This document shows positions 39,991 through 47,981 of a stretch of DNA of 64,000 nt, in pieces. The notes beneath the pieces are model-generated. The model saw nothing but the letters and a program-made list of their open reading frames with translations. It ran no database searches and was not told the origin of the DNA. Numbering within the stretch: the stretch's first letter is position 1; each line of letters begins with the position of its first letter. A program made the translations under genes and the position numbers. Where the stretch lies: contig JAKQVC010000160.1 of the NCBI GenBank assembly GCA_029571985.1, positions 36,864 to 100,863 on the forward strand, written 5' to 3'. This DNA is from Bacteroidota bacterium. Lineage in GTDB: Bacteria > Bacteroidota > Bacteroidia > Chitinophagales > BACL12.

Positions 39991-41553
39991 TTATCGACTC
40001 AAAAATACGCCCGGAAATTGATTTGTGGCGCCACCATGCTCAAAAACAATCTGACCATTTACCCACACGGTAATTATGCCGTCAGAAATTGCTTTTGCAT
40101 TATCGGTGTTGGCATTGTCCTGAACAGTGTCCGGGTCAAACAATACTAAATCTGCATAATAACCGGTCGCTATTAATCCGCGACCCTGTATGCCAACATG
40201 ATCGGCACTTAATGCAGTCATTTTATTGATAGCTGTTTCGAGCAATAAAATTTTTTCTTCTCGCACATATTCCGCTAATACTCGAGTAAAGGCACCATAA
40301 CCTCTTGGATGCCCACCGTTTGCACCATCTGAGCAAATATTACTATGTGTCCAGGTAATAAAAGGAATCAGGTCAGCATCTGACATACTTTTACCCATGA
40401 TAGATTCGATATAAGTTTCATCAGGATGCTCAAGTCCATAGTTTTCCGCCGCTTTAACCAGATATAATAAGGTTTCTTCTGGGGTTTCTTTGCGCAATAC
40501 TGCTATTTCTGAAACTGTTTTTCCCGCGTATTCCGGGTTTGGCAAATATCGTACGAGTATGGAACCTGCAGGGTCAAATAAATGTGTGGTTGCAAATGTA
40601 GCTGCTTCAAGACTTGTAAAATCTTTATTGGGAAACAAAACGCGTATCGTGGAATGCCAATATTCATACGGATATACATCTGCCGTAATATTAATGCCTT
40701 CAGCACGTGCAGCTTCTAATTTTGCTAAAATCTGATTGGCTGTACCCCAATCATCGCGTAAAGCAATTTTAATATGTGACACCTGCACCGGAATATGGGC
40801 CTCCCTGCCGATGGTAATAATTTCATCAATGGCTTCATCGAGGTAAATGTCCTCACTACGTAAATGACTAATATACTTTCCATCGTATTCGGCGGCGGTT
40901 TTTGCTAATTGCAAAACTTCATCTGTGCTGGCGTAAAATCCTTCCTCATATTCAAGTCCTGTAGATAAGCCGAAAGAACCTTTTGTCATTTCACTGCGCA
41001 GAATTTTCTGCATGTTAAGTATTTCAGTCGTTGTTGCCGTACGGTGCAACTGATCACTTCCCATTACCTGTATCCGTAAACTGGCATGCCCGGTATAGGT
41101 GGCGATATTGACAGACTTTGGTCGGGTGATACACCATTTTTTTAAACTGTCGATAGGATCGCTTTCTCCATCCTGTCCGATTACAATCGTAGTGATGCCC
41201 TGACTAATTGCACCTAATGCAGTAGGAAAGTCATTTAAATTTCGGTCGTGATGGCTGTGTGAATCAATAAACCCGGGCGCCAATACTTTGCCTTTTCCAT
41301 CCAATATTTGTTCATCTGGCAATGGCAATAACTGACCAACACCAATAATTTTATCTCCGGCAATGCGCACCGAACCCATTTTGCCCGGAGTGCCTGTGCC
41401 GTCAATAATGAAAACGTTTGTAATCAGCAGGGTGCGAGCATCTGTTTGCAAAGCAGAGATGCTCACCGGAGTATCCTCTGCATCCACTTGTGTAAACGCA
41501 TTTGTCATGCAACAAAGCCAAAGCAGCGAAAAAATAAACTTCATAGGGCGCAT
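39991..41553 (-). CDS. N-acyl-D-amino-acid deacylase (D-aminoacylase) family amidohydrolase, secreted
   Basis: Signal peptide (MKFIFSLLWLCCMTNAFTQ), PGFIDSHSHHD, and the C-terminal YADLVLFDPDTVQDNA typical of D-aminoacylases. Confidence 0.8.
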   Translation of the reverse strand: MRPMKFIFSLLWLCCMTNAFTQVDAEDTPVSISALQTDARTLLITNVFIIDGTGTPGKMGSVRIAGDKIIGVGQLLPLPDEQILDGKGKVLAPGFIDSHSHHDRNLNDFPTALGAISQGITTIVIGQDGESDPIDSLKKWCITRPKSVNIATYTGHASLRIQVMGSDQLHRTATTTEILNMQKILRSEMTKGSFGLSTGLEYEEGFYASTDEVLQLAKTAAEYDGKYISHLRSEDIYLDEAIDEIITIGREAHIPVQVSHIKIALRDDWGTANQILAKLEAARAEGINITADVYPYEYWHSTIRVLFPNKDFTSLEAATFATTHLFDPAGSILVRYLPNPEYAGKTVSEIAVLRKETPEETLLYLVKAAENYGLEHPDETYIESIMGKSMSDADLIPFITWTHSNICSDGANGGHPRGYGAFTRVLAEYVREEKILLLETAINKMTALSADHVGIQGRGLIATGYYADLVLFDPDTVQDNANTDNAKAISDGIITVWVNGQIVFEHGGATNQFPGVFLSR

Positions 41554-41629
41554 TTAAGCTATAAAGATAACAGAATGTGTGATTGAAAATGTATTGAGTT
41601 GTATCCGACACCTATACGACTGAAATTAT

Positions 41630-42157
41630 TCAGTTACTTTTTTTGGTAAATGTTATATCGCCAAATGAAACCCATTGTTTTTCTGCAGTTTGAAATGTGC
41701 TCACGGAAGTCCAGGTGTCAGAAGTACTGTGATAGGTAAAGGTGTTGAGAAAGGCACCATCCGGATAGTTAAAGTATAGAGGCAGTGCATTTCCCGTTAA
41801 GTGTCCGTAACCTAAGGTTTGTGAAAATGCAGGACCGAAATTATCTATCCAATGCACAATAAATTGATGTGCATTGCAGTCAAAACCAAAATAGATATTT
41901 GCCTCATACGCAGGAACGGCAGCAGTATCAACAAGATGTAATGCAATAAATTGACTATCTAACACCCAGTGTGCATTAACCGCATAAACAACTGGTTCTC
42001 CGGTAATATTACCCACGCCGACCCATTCACCAACCCATTTTTGCAGGAATTGAAATTCGATGTTCGTGCGGTTGCAACTATCTGATGTCTGACTATAACC
42101 CGTTACACATGCGAAGCATAACCATACATAAACGATCAGGTGCTTTCTTGCCGACAT
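41630..42157 (-). CDS. hypothetical secreted protein
   Basis: Signal peptide. No family recognised. Confidence 0.5.
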   Translation of the reverse strand: MSARKHLIVYVWLCFACVTGYSQTSDSCNRTNIEFQFLQKWVGEWVGVGNITGEPVVYAVNAHWVLDSQFIALHLVDTAAVPAYEANIYFGFDCNAHQFIVHWIDNFGPAFSQTLGYGHLTGNALPLYFNYPDGAFLNTFTYHSTSDTWTSVSTFQTAEKQWVSFGDITFTKKSN

Positions 42158-42188
42158 ACAATATAATTGAAGTTAATCAGGATTATGG

Positions 42189-42584
42189 TTAATTTAATCT
42201 CTCGAGCTGCCCCTTTCTTTTCACAATATTCTTATAATCCCATTGAATATCTCTTGCCTTGGCTAACCAACGTTCAAGATCAGCAACCACAATTTGATCT
42301 GCACTGGTGTATCGGAATTGTGCTGCTTTAAATTTTCCTTCAACTTGCAGGAGAGGCTCATCAAAAGACTGACCGCTCCAAAACAATAATTGAATACAGT
42401 CTTTTAATTTATTATACCCAACAATCGGATTTCCATCTAAAAACCAAACCGGATGTCGATGCCAGATTTTATTTTCTGCTTCAGGTAGTTTTTGAGCAAT
42501 CACATGCGCCAGTGAACCGCAAATTAAATGATTGTTGAGGTCGAGTTTTGCATTATAGGCTTCTATGTCGGGATGAATGGGCAT
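42189..42584 (-). CDS. DUF1801 (YdhG-like) domain protein
   Basis: Size plus the ...KIWHRHPVWFLDGNPIVGY... and KFKAAQFRY pattern resemble the YdhG-like family as recalled. Confidence 0.55.
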   Translation of the reverse strand: MPIHPDIEAYNAKLDLNNHLICGSLAHVIAQKLPEAENKIWHRHPVWFLDGNPIVGYNKLKDCIQLLFWSGQSFDEPLLQVEGKFKAAQFRYTSADQIVVADLERWLAKARDIQWDYKNIVKRKGQLERLN

Positions 42585-42645
42585 TTCAGTTTATTTGTAA
42601 ATAGGTGAATTTTTTCAAAATAGTGAATATATCAATTTAAAAAGA

Positions 42646-43152
42646 CTAACTATACATATATGGCGTTTGCGCATAAGCGAGTTTCCGCACATTTTCCATC
42701 GCATGACGCATATAGGATTTCCAAAACAAGTGCACAAAAAGCCATTGGAACGGATACAATATAGGCAGTGTTGCGTATAAAGTATAGGTGTAATTAATTT
42801 TGGTTTGCTGTTCACTAATAGGCAGAGTTTCCCACTCGCCTACAAAGCGATTGAAACCTAACATCCACGATTGAAAATCATCAACCTGAATTTTCCATAA
42901 AGCATTTTCTTTACGATCTAAAACGGTATCTCGAGATACATAGCCACCCTTGAAATTCATATTTTTTTCAGCATATACACGTTTTGTTCCGCCTATTTTG
43001 CCCCAGTTTTCATCATCGGTTACATGCGATAATTTAGGCATAAAACCATAACCTGTATGCACAAGTGTTACATCGCACAGCATAGGGGTTTTAAAGGCAT
43101 TTTCTAAAGGGCAATTGAAGGTGGTTGAGATGGTGATTTTGAATATGGGCAT
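42646..43152 (-). CDS. hypothetical protein (possibly SRPBCC-fold)
   Basis: 168-aa ORF with a good coding look. The family assignment is uncertain. Confidence 0.45.
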   Translation of the reverse strand: MPIFKITISTTFNCPLENAFKTPMLCDVTLVHTGYGFMPKLSHVTDDENWGKIGGTKRVYAEKNMNFKGGYVSRDTVLDRKENALWKIQVDDFQSWMLGFNRFVGEWETLPISEQQTKINYTYTLYATLPILYPFQWLFVHLFWKSYMRHAMENVRKLAYAQTPYMYS

Positions 43153-43498
43153 GATAGGATACTTTCAACAAGTTTTTAATAAATTATTATGCATTCATAT
43201 TTGAGGCACTTGATACGAATAAATTGTAGGCGTTACAAAATTAAAGATTTTGGCTTAACTGGCATTAGCTATTACCTTCAGGATACCAGCTTTTATGCTG
43301 CGTTAAAGTAATGCCCTGATGCACATCTGCAGCCATGTATGCCAATTTTACCGGCTATAAATAGTCTCCCATGTCGGTATTGAATGCTTGGTATGAATGG
43401 CTAATGGGGCCTATTATTGGGATTCATGTGTATTGATTTGGTTTGATTATAGCAAATCAGAAGAATTATATTTATTTTTAACAAATAAAACTTATTTT

Positions 43499-44755
43499 AT
43501 GAAACACTACTCTACACTTGTTGCCCTGATTTGTATTACGCAATTGGCACATGCACAGTCAACTTTACAGGCTGTCGACTTGCCTGCAGTTGTTCAGCCA
43601 ACTCAATCTGAAGAAAGAATTCAGGTCATGCAATATCGGCTCAGCGCATTTACTGTTGAGGAATTGGACTTGGGTATTTGGGTGAAAACGGATAGTATTT
43701 ACTATGTGTATAATCCGGACTTCCCGCATTATCATAATAATATGGACTTCGTAGAGTTTACCAACTTTATGTACGAACCTGATTTTTACCTTATGGAATG
43801 GCTGGAACATGATGGTGTAGATTGGATTGGATATTATAAGAATTATGGAAATTATACCGCTGAAGGTGTGCGAACTTCTATAAATGTTGATACGTGGGAG
43901 GCAGGCGGTTATGTCGGTAACAGCCGTGTTGAATACGCCTATACACCCGAAGGTGATATTGATACCATACTTTTTCTGGAATACCTGGGTGGATCATATG
44001 ATCCATACTCCAGACATTTGTATACCTATAGCGACGGGGCACTTGCCAATATTATTCAGCAATCATATGGTGCTGACTGGGAAAATAGTCTTTTGATTAT
44101 TTATACCTATAATGATGAAGGACAGATTGATAATTTAGTATATCGTGGATGGGATGGTATAGGTTGGTACGACCAAAACCGACAGATTTACACTTATGAT
44201 GGTTCCGGCAATTTGATTGAAAAATTATATCAGTACTATGATTTCGGATGGGTAACGTATGGCCGATATGTATATACGTATGACGGCACCGGATTCAATA
44301 ATCTGTTAGAGACACAATCCTATGATGGCGTCGATTTTAGTCCGTATGAGCAATTCGAGTTTACGGAATATGCCGACGGTTTACCACAATCAAACACCAG
44401 AAGTTTGTGGGATGGATTCATCTACGAAGATTATTTCCGCGCACAATTTTATTATGAGGAATACGATGACGGCACTGTAGATGTGCAGGACATCGCTTCT
44501 ACGGTAAATGTGCAGCTATTTCCAAATCCGGCTACTGATGCCTTCATGCTGAGTTTTCATGCTTCCGGTAATGAAAAAGTATCCTTGCGCATTACACAAC
44601 CCACAGGCCAAACTGTTCAACGACAAACATGGGAAGCGGCTCCAGGTGAAAATCGGGTGCAGATAAACATTGATGATACATGGGCTGCAGGGCAATACTT
44701 TGTAACCTTACAATTAGGTGCTGAATTAATCAATACCAGTTTGATTATCAAATAA
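43499..44755 (+). CDS. T9SS-secreted protein with YD-like repeats
   Basis: The ATG at 43499 gives the signal peptide MKHYSTLVALICITQLAHAQ. Repeated Y.YD..G.L-type units (IYTYDGSGNLIEKL, YVYTYDGTGFNNLLE, IIYTYNDEGQIDNLV). C-terminal FPNPATDAFMLSF...GQYFVTLQL...SLIIK sorting domain. Confidence 0.7.
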   Translation: MKHYSTLVALICITQLAHAQSTLQAVDLPAVVQPTQSEERIQVMQYRLSAFTVEELDLGIWVKTDSIYYVYNPDFPHYHNNMDFVEFTNFMYEPDFYLMEWLEHDGVDWIGYYKNYGNYTAEGVRTSINVDTWEAGGYVGNSRVEYAYTPEGDIDTILFLEYLGGSYDPYSRHLYTYSDGALANIIQQSYGADWENSLLIIYTYNDEGQIDNLVYRGWDGIGWYDQNRQIYTYDGSGNLIEKLYQYYDFGWVTYGRYVYTYDGTGFNNLLETQSYDGVDFSPYEQFEFTEYADGLPQSNTRSLWDGFIYEDYFRAQFYYEEYDDGTVDVQDIASTVNVQLFPNPATDAFMLSFHASGNEKVSLRITQPTGQTVQRQTWEAAPGENRVQINIDDTWAAGQYFVTLQLGAELINTSLIIK

Positions 44756-44847
44756 GTTATTTGCACCTATATTGTAAGTGCTTGTGGTATTCAAACGAGT
44801 TGATTTATTAAGCTCGGTAAACTTTTAATTAATCTTTTCCAATGAAG

Positions 44848-44876
44848 GAAAGGCATGCTCATGAGTGCATGCCTTT
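44848..44876 (+). terminator. rho-independent terminator
   Basis: gaaaggcatgc / gcatgcctttc-type stem with an 8-nt loop, followed by a 7-T run. Confidence 0.6.
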
Positions 44877-44903
44877 TTTTATGCTTCTTAAGGCGTAATA
44901 AGA

Positions 44904-45206
44904 TTATATGAACATAGTTACTTTTATTGCCTTGCCAATTTGAATACCTTCGGCCATTCTGATTTCATTTTTTAAGGGTAGTAAATACGTTTCTTGCTTT
45001 GAATCATACCAGATAGCCGTTTTCCATTCAGTTGTCCCAATTTTAGCTACAGCCGACAACCGGCCCCATCCTTGTTCTTCCTTTTTAAAAAGTTGTCGGA
45101 TTTCTTTGGATGTTTTTTTCGGCAAGGCAATAAATACCCAGGCGCCTTTACCATCATATACATATGGGCGGCCTGAAAATGTAAAGGGAATATAAGCGCT
45201 GGCCAT
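44904..45206 (-). CDS. DUF1905-domain protein
   Basis: 100 aa. GAWVFIALPKKTSKEI...GWGRLSAVAKIGTTEWKTAIW matches the DUF1905 pattern as recalled. Confidence 0.6.
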   Translation of the reverse strand: MASAYIPFTFSGRPYVYDGKGAWVFIALPKKTSKEIRQLFKKEEQGWGRLSAVAKIGTTEWKTAIWYDSKQETYLLPLKNEIRMAEGIQIGKAIKVTMFI

Positions 45207-45250
45207 GGAAGCTCAATTTTAAACGTAAACCTAAGAAATAGGAATTAATG

Positions 45251-45298
45251 TGCGGAGGTGCGGATGTGCGGATGTGCGGATGTGCGGAGGTGCGGACG
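45251..45298. repeat. tandem octamer array (TGCGGAKG x6)
   Basis: Read directly: tgcggagg tgcggatg tgcggatg tgcggatg tgcggagg tgcggacg. It lies in a 509-bp non-coding gap. Confidence 0.9.
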
Positions 45299-45661
45299 TG
45301 AAATGCAAGTGTGAAAAGGATTAGCCAATTAGCCGATGTGCCGATTAGCCGATGTGGCGAAGCGGAGTCCTGAGTACTCGCGATGGAATGCAAATGTGAA
45401 AGTGATGTTCGCCGTACGGCGGATTTGTGTGTGAGCGTGTGCGAGTTTGGGGTTGCGTATGATTTTACCTGTACTGCTCTTAAAAAGTATCGCCCTCTCT
45501 GCTAAGTTGGGATTCTTGATGCACCGAGGAAGGAGGTGTGGGAAGAGAGAGTGGTGTAGTAAGTAATTGTGCAAAAGCGCCAACGTGTTGTTGTGCGAAA
45601 GGTGTGTCTGATGCATAGAGGGTGCTTCCGATTGGCTTAAGAAAAAATGGCTTTATATAAT

Positions 45662-45695
45662 AAAGAGGCTGCCATAATAAAGTGACAGCCTCTTT
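45662..45695 (-). terminator. candidate terminator of the RCC1-repeat gene
   Basis: aaagaggctg / cagcctcttt, a 10-bp perfect stem with a 14-nt loop, 20 nt downstream of the stop at 45716. The U-tract on the minus strand is interrupted (ttattatat). Confidence 0.45.
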
Positions 45696-45715
45696 ACTGT
45701 TTGAAATCATATAAA

Positions 45716-47134
45716 TTACTCTACAATAATTTTTGTCGAAGTTAAATCTGTACTGTCGCGCAATACATAAATGCCGGCAGGTAAATTACTTACATCAATG
45801 GAACTAATCGGGTTATTTACAAGAAGTGTAGAAATCAATGTTCCGTTGATATCAAAAAGGTTCATGGTGTGATTCAATAAGCCGTCGGTTTCTACAAACA
45901 CATAATGACTGCCTGGATTGGGAAATGCTACCAAGCTGTTTTGTGCATGCGCAAAGTGATTGGTTTCCAGAAGCATAGAACATGCAGAGGCAACATAAGT
46001 TGGTGTCCATTTGTCGGATAATGTGCCATCTCCAATTTGACCAACTATATTATCTCCCCATGCAAATAAATTTCCATCATTATCCATCACGAGGGCGGTT
46101 TTTCCACCGGCTGAAATTTCGGCAATGCTACTTAAACCTGGAACGGGATCAGCAATCGATCTGTCTTCAACAGTGCCGTCACCTAACTGACCATCACTAT
46201 TGTTGCCACATGTAAAAATGCCACCTTCATTATTCAGTATCACAACAAAATGTTGTCCTGCTGCAACAGCTACTGCACTTTCTACTCCAAGCATTTGTAC
46301 GGGCGTTGAATAAGTAAAGTCTAATGTACCCGCACCTAATTTGCCGTAATCGTTTCCACCCCAACCCCAAACTGTGCCGTCACTTTTGATAGCGTATGCA
46401 CAAGAGGTGCCTGCAGTAATATGAACGACATCAGTTAATTCCGGAATTTGAATTGGTGCAAAGCGATTAATGGTTGTTCCGTCACCTAACTGAGCATCCA
46501 TATTTTCTCCCCAGGCCCAAACAGTACCGTCTGATTTTAACGCATATGCAGAGTAGTCGGATACTTCAATTTCAATGATGTCCTCCAAAAAACCAATTCC
46601 GTCGGTACCTGTTACCTGAACCGGATAAAGATGGTGTAGTCCATTTGGATCATTCACACCCGCTACGCCACGATAGCCAGAACCCCAGCTCCAAACAGTG
46701 CCATCATTCTTTAAGGCTAAGGCCACCTGATTGCCGGCAGCAATATCCTGCACATTATCTAAAAAGCTAACAGAATCTGGACCATATACCTGCACAGGTG
46801 CAAAACGAGTCTCATAGGTACCATCGCCACAAGCGCCATTGGTGTTATCGCCCCAAGCCCAAACGGAGCCATCATTTTTTAAAGCTAAAGAAAAGGTTGT
46901 GCCGGCATCTATGGAAACCAGATTGTTAATGTCATACACATCGACAGGAATGGGTGAATCCTCACCTGTGCCATTGTCGCCTAATTGTCCTACATAGTTA
47001 GACCCCCAGGCCTGTGCACTGCCATCTGCGCACAACACCAGGGTAAACCCCGGACCTTCTGAAATGCGCTGCGCAAAAGTTTTGGTTGAAAATAACAGGC
47101 ATGCGACGATGACTGCAAGGAGTAATTTTTTCAT
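45716..47134 (-). CDS. T9SS-secreted RCC1-repeat (beta-propeller) protein
   Basis: The ATG at 47134 gives the signal peptide MKKLLLAVIVACLLFSTKTFAQ. About 7 repeats of the type GTVW.WG.N..GQLGDGT. C-terminal FPNPGSHYVFVE...LPAGIYVLR...KIIVE. Confidence 0.8.
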   Translation of the reverse strand: MKKLLLAVIVACLLFSTKTFAQRISEGPGFTLVLCADGSAQAWGSNYVGQLGDNGTGEDSPIPVDVYDINNLVSIDAGTTFSLALKNDGSVWAWGDNTNGACGDGTYETRFAPVQVYGPDSVSFLDNVQDIAAGNQVALALKNDGTVWSWGSGYRGVAGVNDPNGLHHLYPVQVTGTDGIGFLEDIIEIEVSDYSAYALKSDGTVWAWGENMDAQLGDGTTINRFAPIQIPELTDVVHITAGTSCAYAIKSDGTVWGWGGNDYGKLGAGTLDFTYSTPVQMLGVESAVAVAAGQHFVVILNNEGGIFTCGNNSDGQLGDGTVEDRSIADPVPGLSSIAEISAGGKTALVMDNDGNLFAWGDNIVGQIGDGTLSDKWTPTYVASACSMLLETNHFAHAQNSLVAFPNPGSHYVFVETDGLLNHTMNLFDINGTLISTLLVNNPISSIDVSNLPAGIYVLRDSTDLTSTKIIVE

Positions 47135-47242
47135 AAGGGTAATTTCAACTAAAGGTAAAAAAAAACAGTAAACGGAGGCTATCTGTTTCAAGAAGTTTTT
47201 CTCCGATGTGCGCCGAAAAACTTCACTTTGGGGCAGGCACAC

Positions 47243-47542
47243 TCACTCTATTTTCACTATTGAACCCGACTGAATGAAGTGTTCTTTGTCGTTTATGTAA
47301 AAGGTGTAAACGCCTGGTGGCAGATGCTTTAGGTGAACAGGTTGATTACTGACAACATTTGGATTGTTATAAACAGGGACGCCGGCTGAATTAATAATCT
47401 GGAGATTAAAAGTATTCATGTTTTGAAATGCATTTTGAAAATATACCAGATCAACTACCGGGTTAGGGAAAACGGTAAACAAATCTTTAGGAGAAGGATC
47501 TGCAATGACAACAATCATTAGCCAGAGGTGGTTGCAGAGCAA
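47243..47542 (-). pseudogene. stand-alone T9SS C-terminal sorting domain ORF (likely remnant of a truncated cargo gene)
   Basis: The 99-codon ORF has only a TTG start and consists almost entirely of a sorting domain (FTVFPNPVVDLVYFQ...LPPGVYTFYINDK...GSIVKIE). It has no signal peptide or cargo domain and ends 1 nt before the extended RCC1 ORF. Confidence 0.45.
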
Positions 47543-47567
47543 CCACGTATGTTCATCACTTACTCGT

Positions 47568-47603
47568 CATTGCGAGCCGCGACCCAAGGAGCGGCGAAGC
47601 AAT
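47568..47603. repeat. GC-rich imperfect hairpin (cattgcgagccgc ... gcggcgaagcaat)
   Basis: Stems attgc/gcaat and ccgc/gcgg with an internal loop. The ...cattgcgag...cgaagcaatc... motif is a dispersed repeat type I recall from Bacteroidota genomes. It shares GGCGAAGC and TAGCCGAT with the 45320-45365 region. Confidence 0.5.
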
Positions 47604-47633
47604 CTAGCCGATACGCAAGAGCGTAATGCTATT

Positions 47634-47668
47634 ATTCCTCATTCCTCATTCCTCATTCATTATTCCTC
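47634..47668. repeat. tandem heptamer array (ATTCCTC-type, 5 units)
   Basis: attcctc attcctc attcctc attcatt attcctc, read directly. Confidence 0.9.
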
Positions 47669-47676
47669 CATTAAAA

Positions 47677-47692
47677 GGTAGTGAGCAGTGGG
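47677..47692. repeat. left arm of an imperfect inverted repeat (ggtagtgagcagtggg)
   Basis: Matches 15 of 16 positions of the reverse complement of part of 47799-47822 (gggtagtgagtagtgagtagtggg). Confidence 0.7.
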
Positions 47693-47798
47693 ACAATGCA
47701 GGGATTTTGGTGGAGCAGGAGATTATACTTTCGGTTTTTATTATCATAAGAAAAAGCTGCATTCTATGGCCGTAGGCCTTATTGTATTTGTCTCAATA

Positions 47799-47822
47799 CC
47801 CACTACTCACTACTCACTACCC
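47799..47822. repeat. right arm of the inverted repeat; CACTACT heptamer mini-array
   Basis: cc cactact cactact cactac cc, read directly. Complementary to 47677-47692. Confidence 0.8.
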
Positions 47823-47840
47823 GCCATTTCAAGACAAAAC

Positions 47841-47887
47841 TCCTCATTCCTCATTCCTTATTCCTCTTTCCTAATTCCTCTTTCCCC
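47841..47887. repeat. tandem heptamer array (ATTCCTY-type, ~6.5 degenerate units)
   Basis: tcctc attcctc attcctt attcctc tttccta attcctc tttcccc. Same unit and same strand orientation as 47634-47668. Confidence 0.85.
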
Positions 47888-47950
47888 AATTCACCTAAAG
47901 GCCAGTCAATCCCGCTCAACAAAATCCCTTAATCCTTAAACGGCATTCCT

Positions 47951-47958
47951 TATCTTTG
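47951..47958 (+). promoter_or_regulatory. candidate -7 promoter box of korAB (TATCTTTG)
   Basis: TAnnTTTG match 24 nt upstream of the ATG at 47982. Confidence 0.45.
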
Positions 47959-47981
47959 CACAAATTTTACTTCTCCTGAGT

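Noticed and set aside
45154-45710. Three overlapping minus-strand ORFs (45154-45393, 45329-45616, 45480-45710) in the repeat-rich gap
   Set aside because: Their translations are low-complexity read-through of tandem repeats (HIRTSAHPHIRTSAPPH and similar). They overlap each other in different frames and lack recognisable starts or families.
47634-47887. Heptamer/octamer arrays as CRISPR arrays (also 45251-45298 and 58796-59094)
   Set aside because: The units are 7-8 nt and directly abutting, with no unique spacers. CRISPR repeats are ~24-48 nt and separated by spacers, and no cas genes are present in the window.
47688-47939. 83-aa plus-strand ORF upstream of korA
   Set aside because: It runs straight through the CACTACT and ATTCCTY arrays (…TTHYSLP…SSFLIPYSSFLIPLSP…), and a 7-nt period is incompatible with a selected reading frame.
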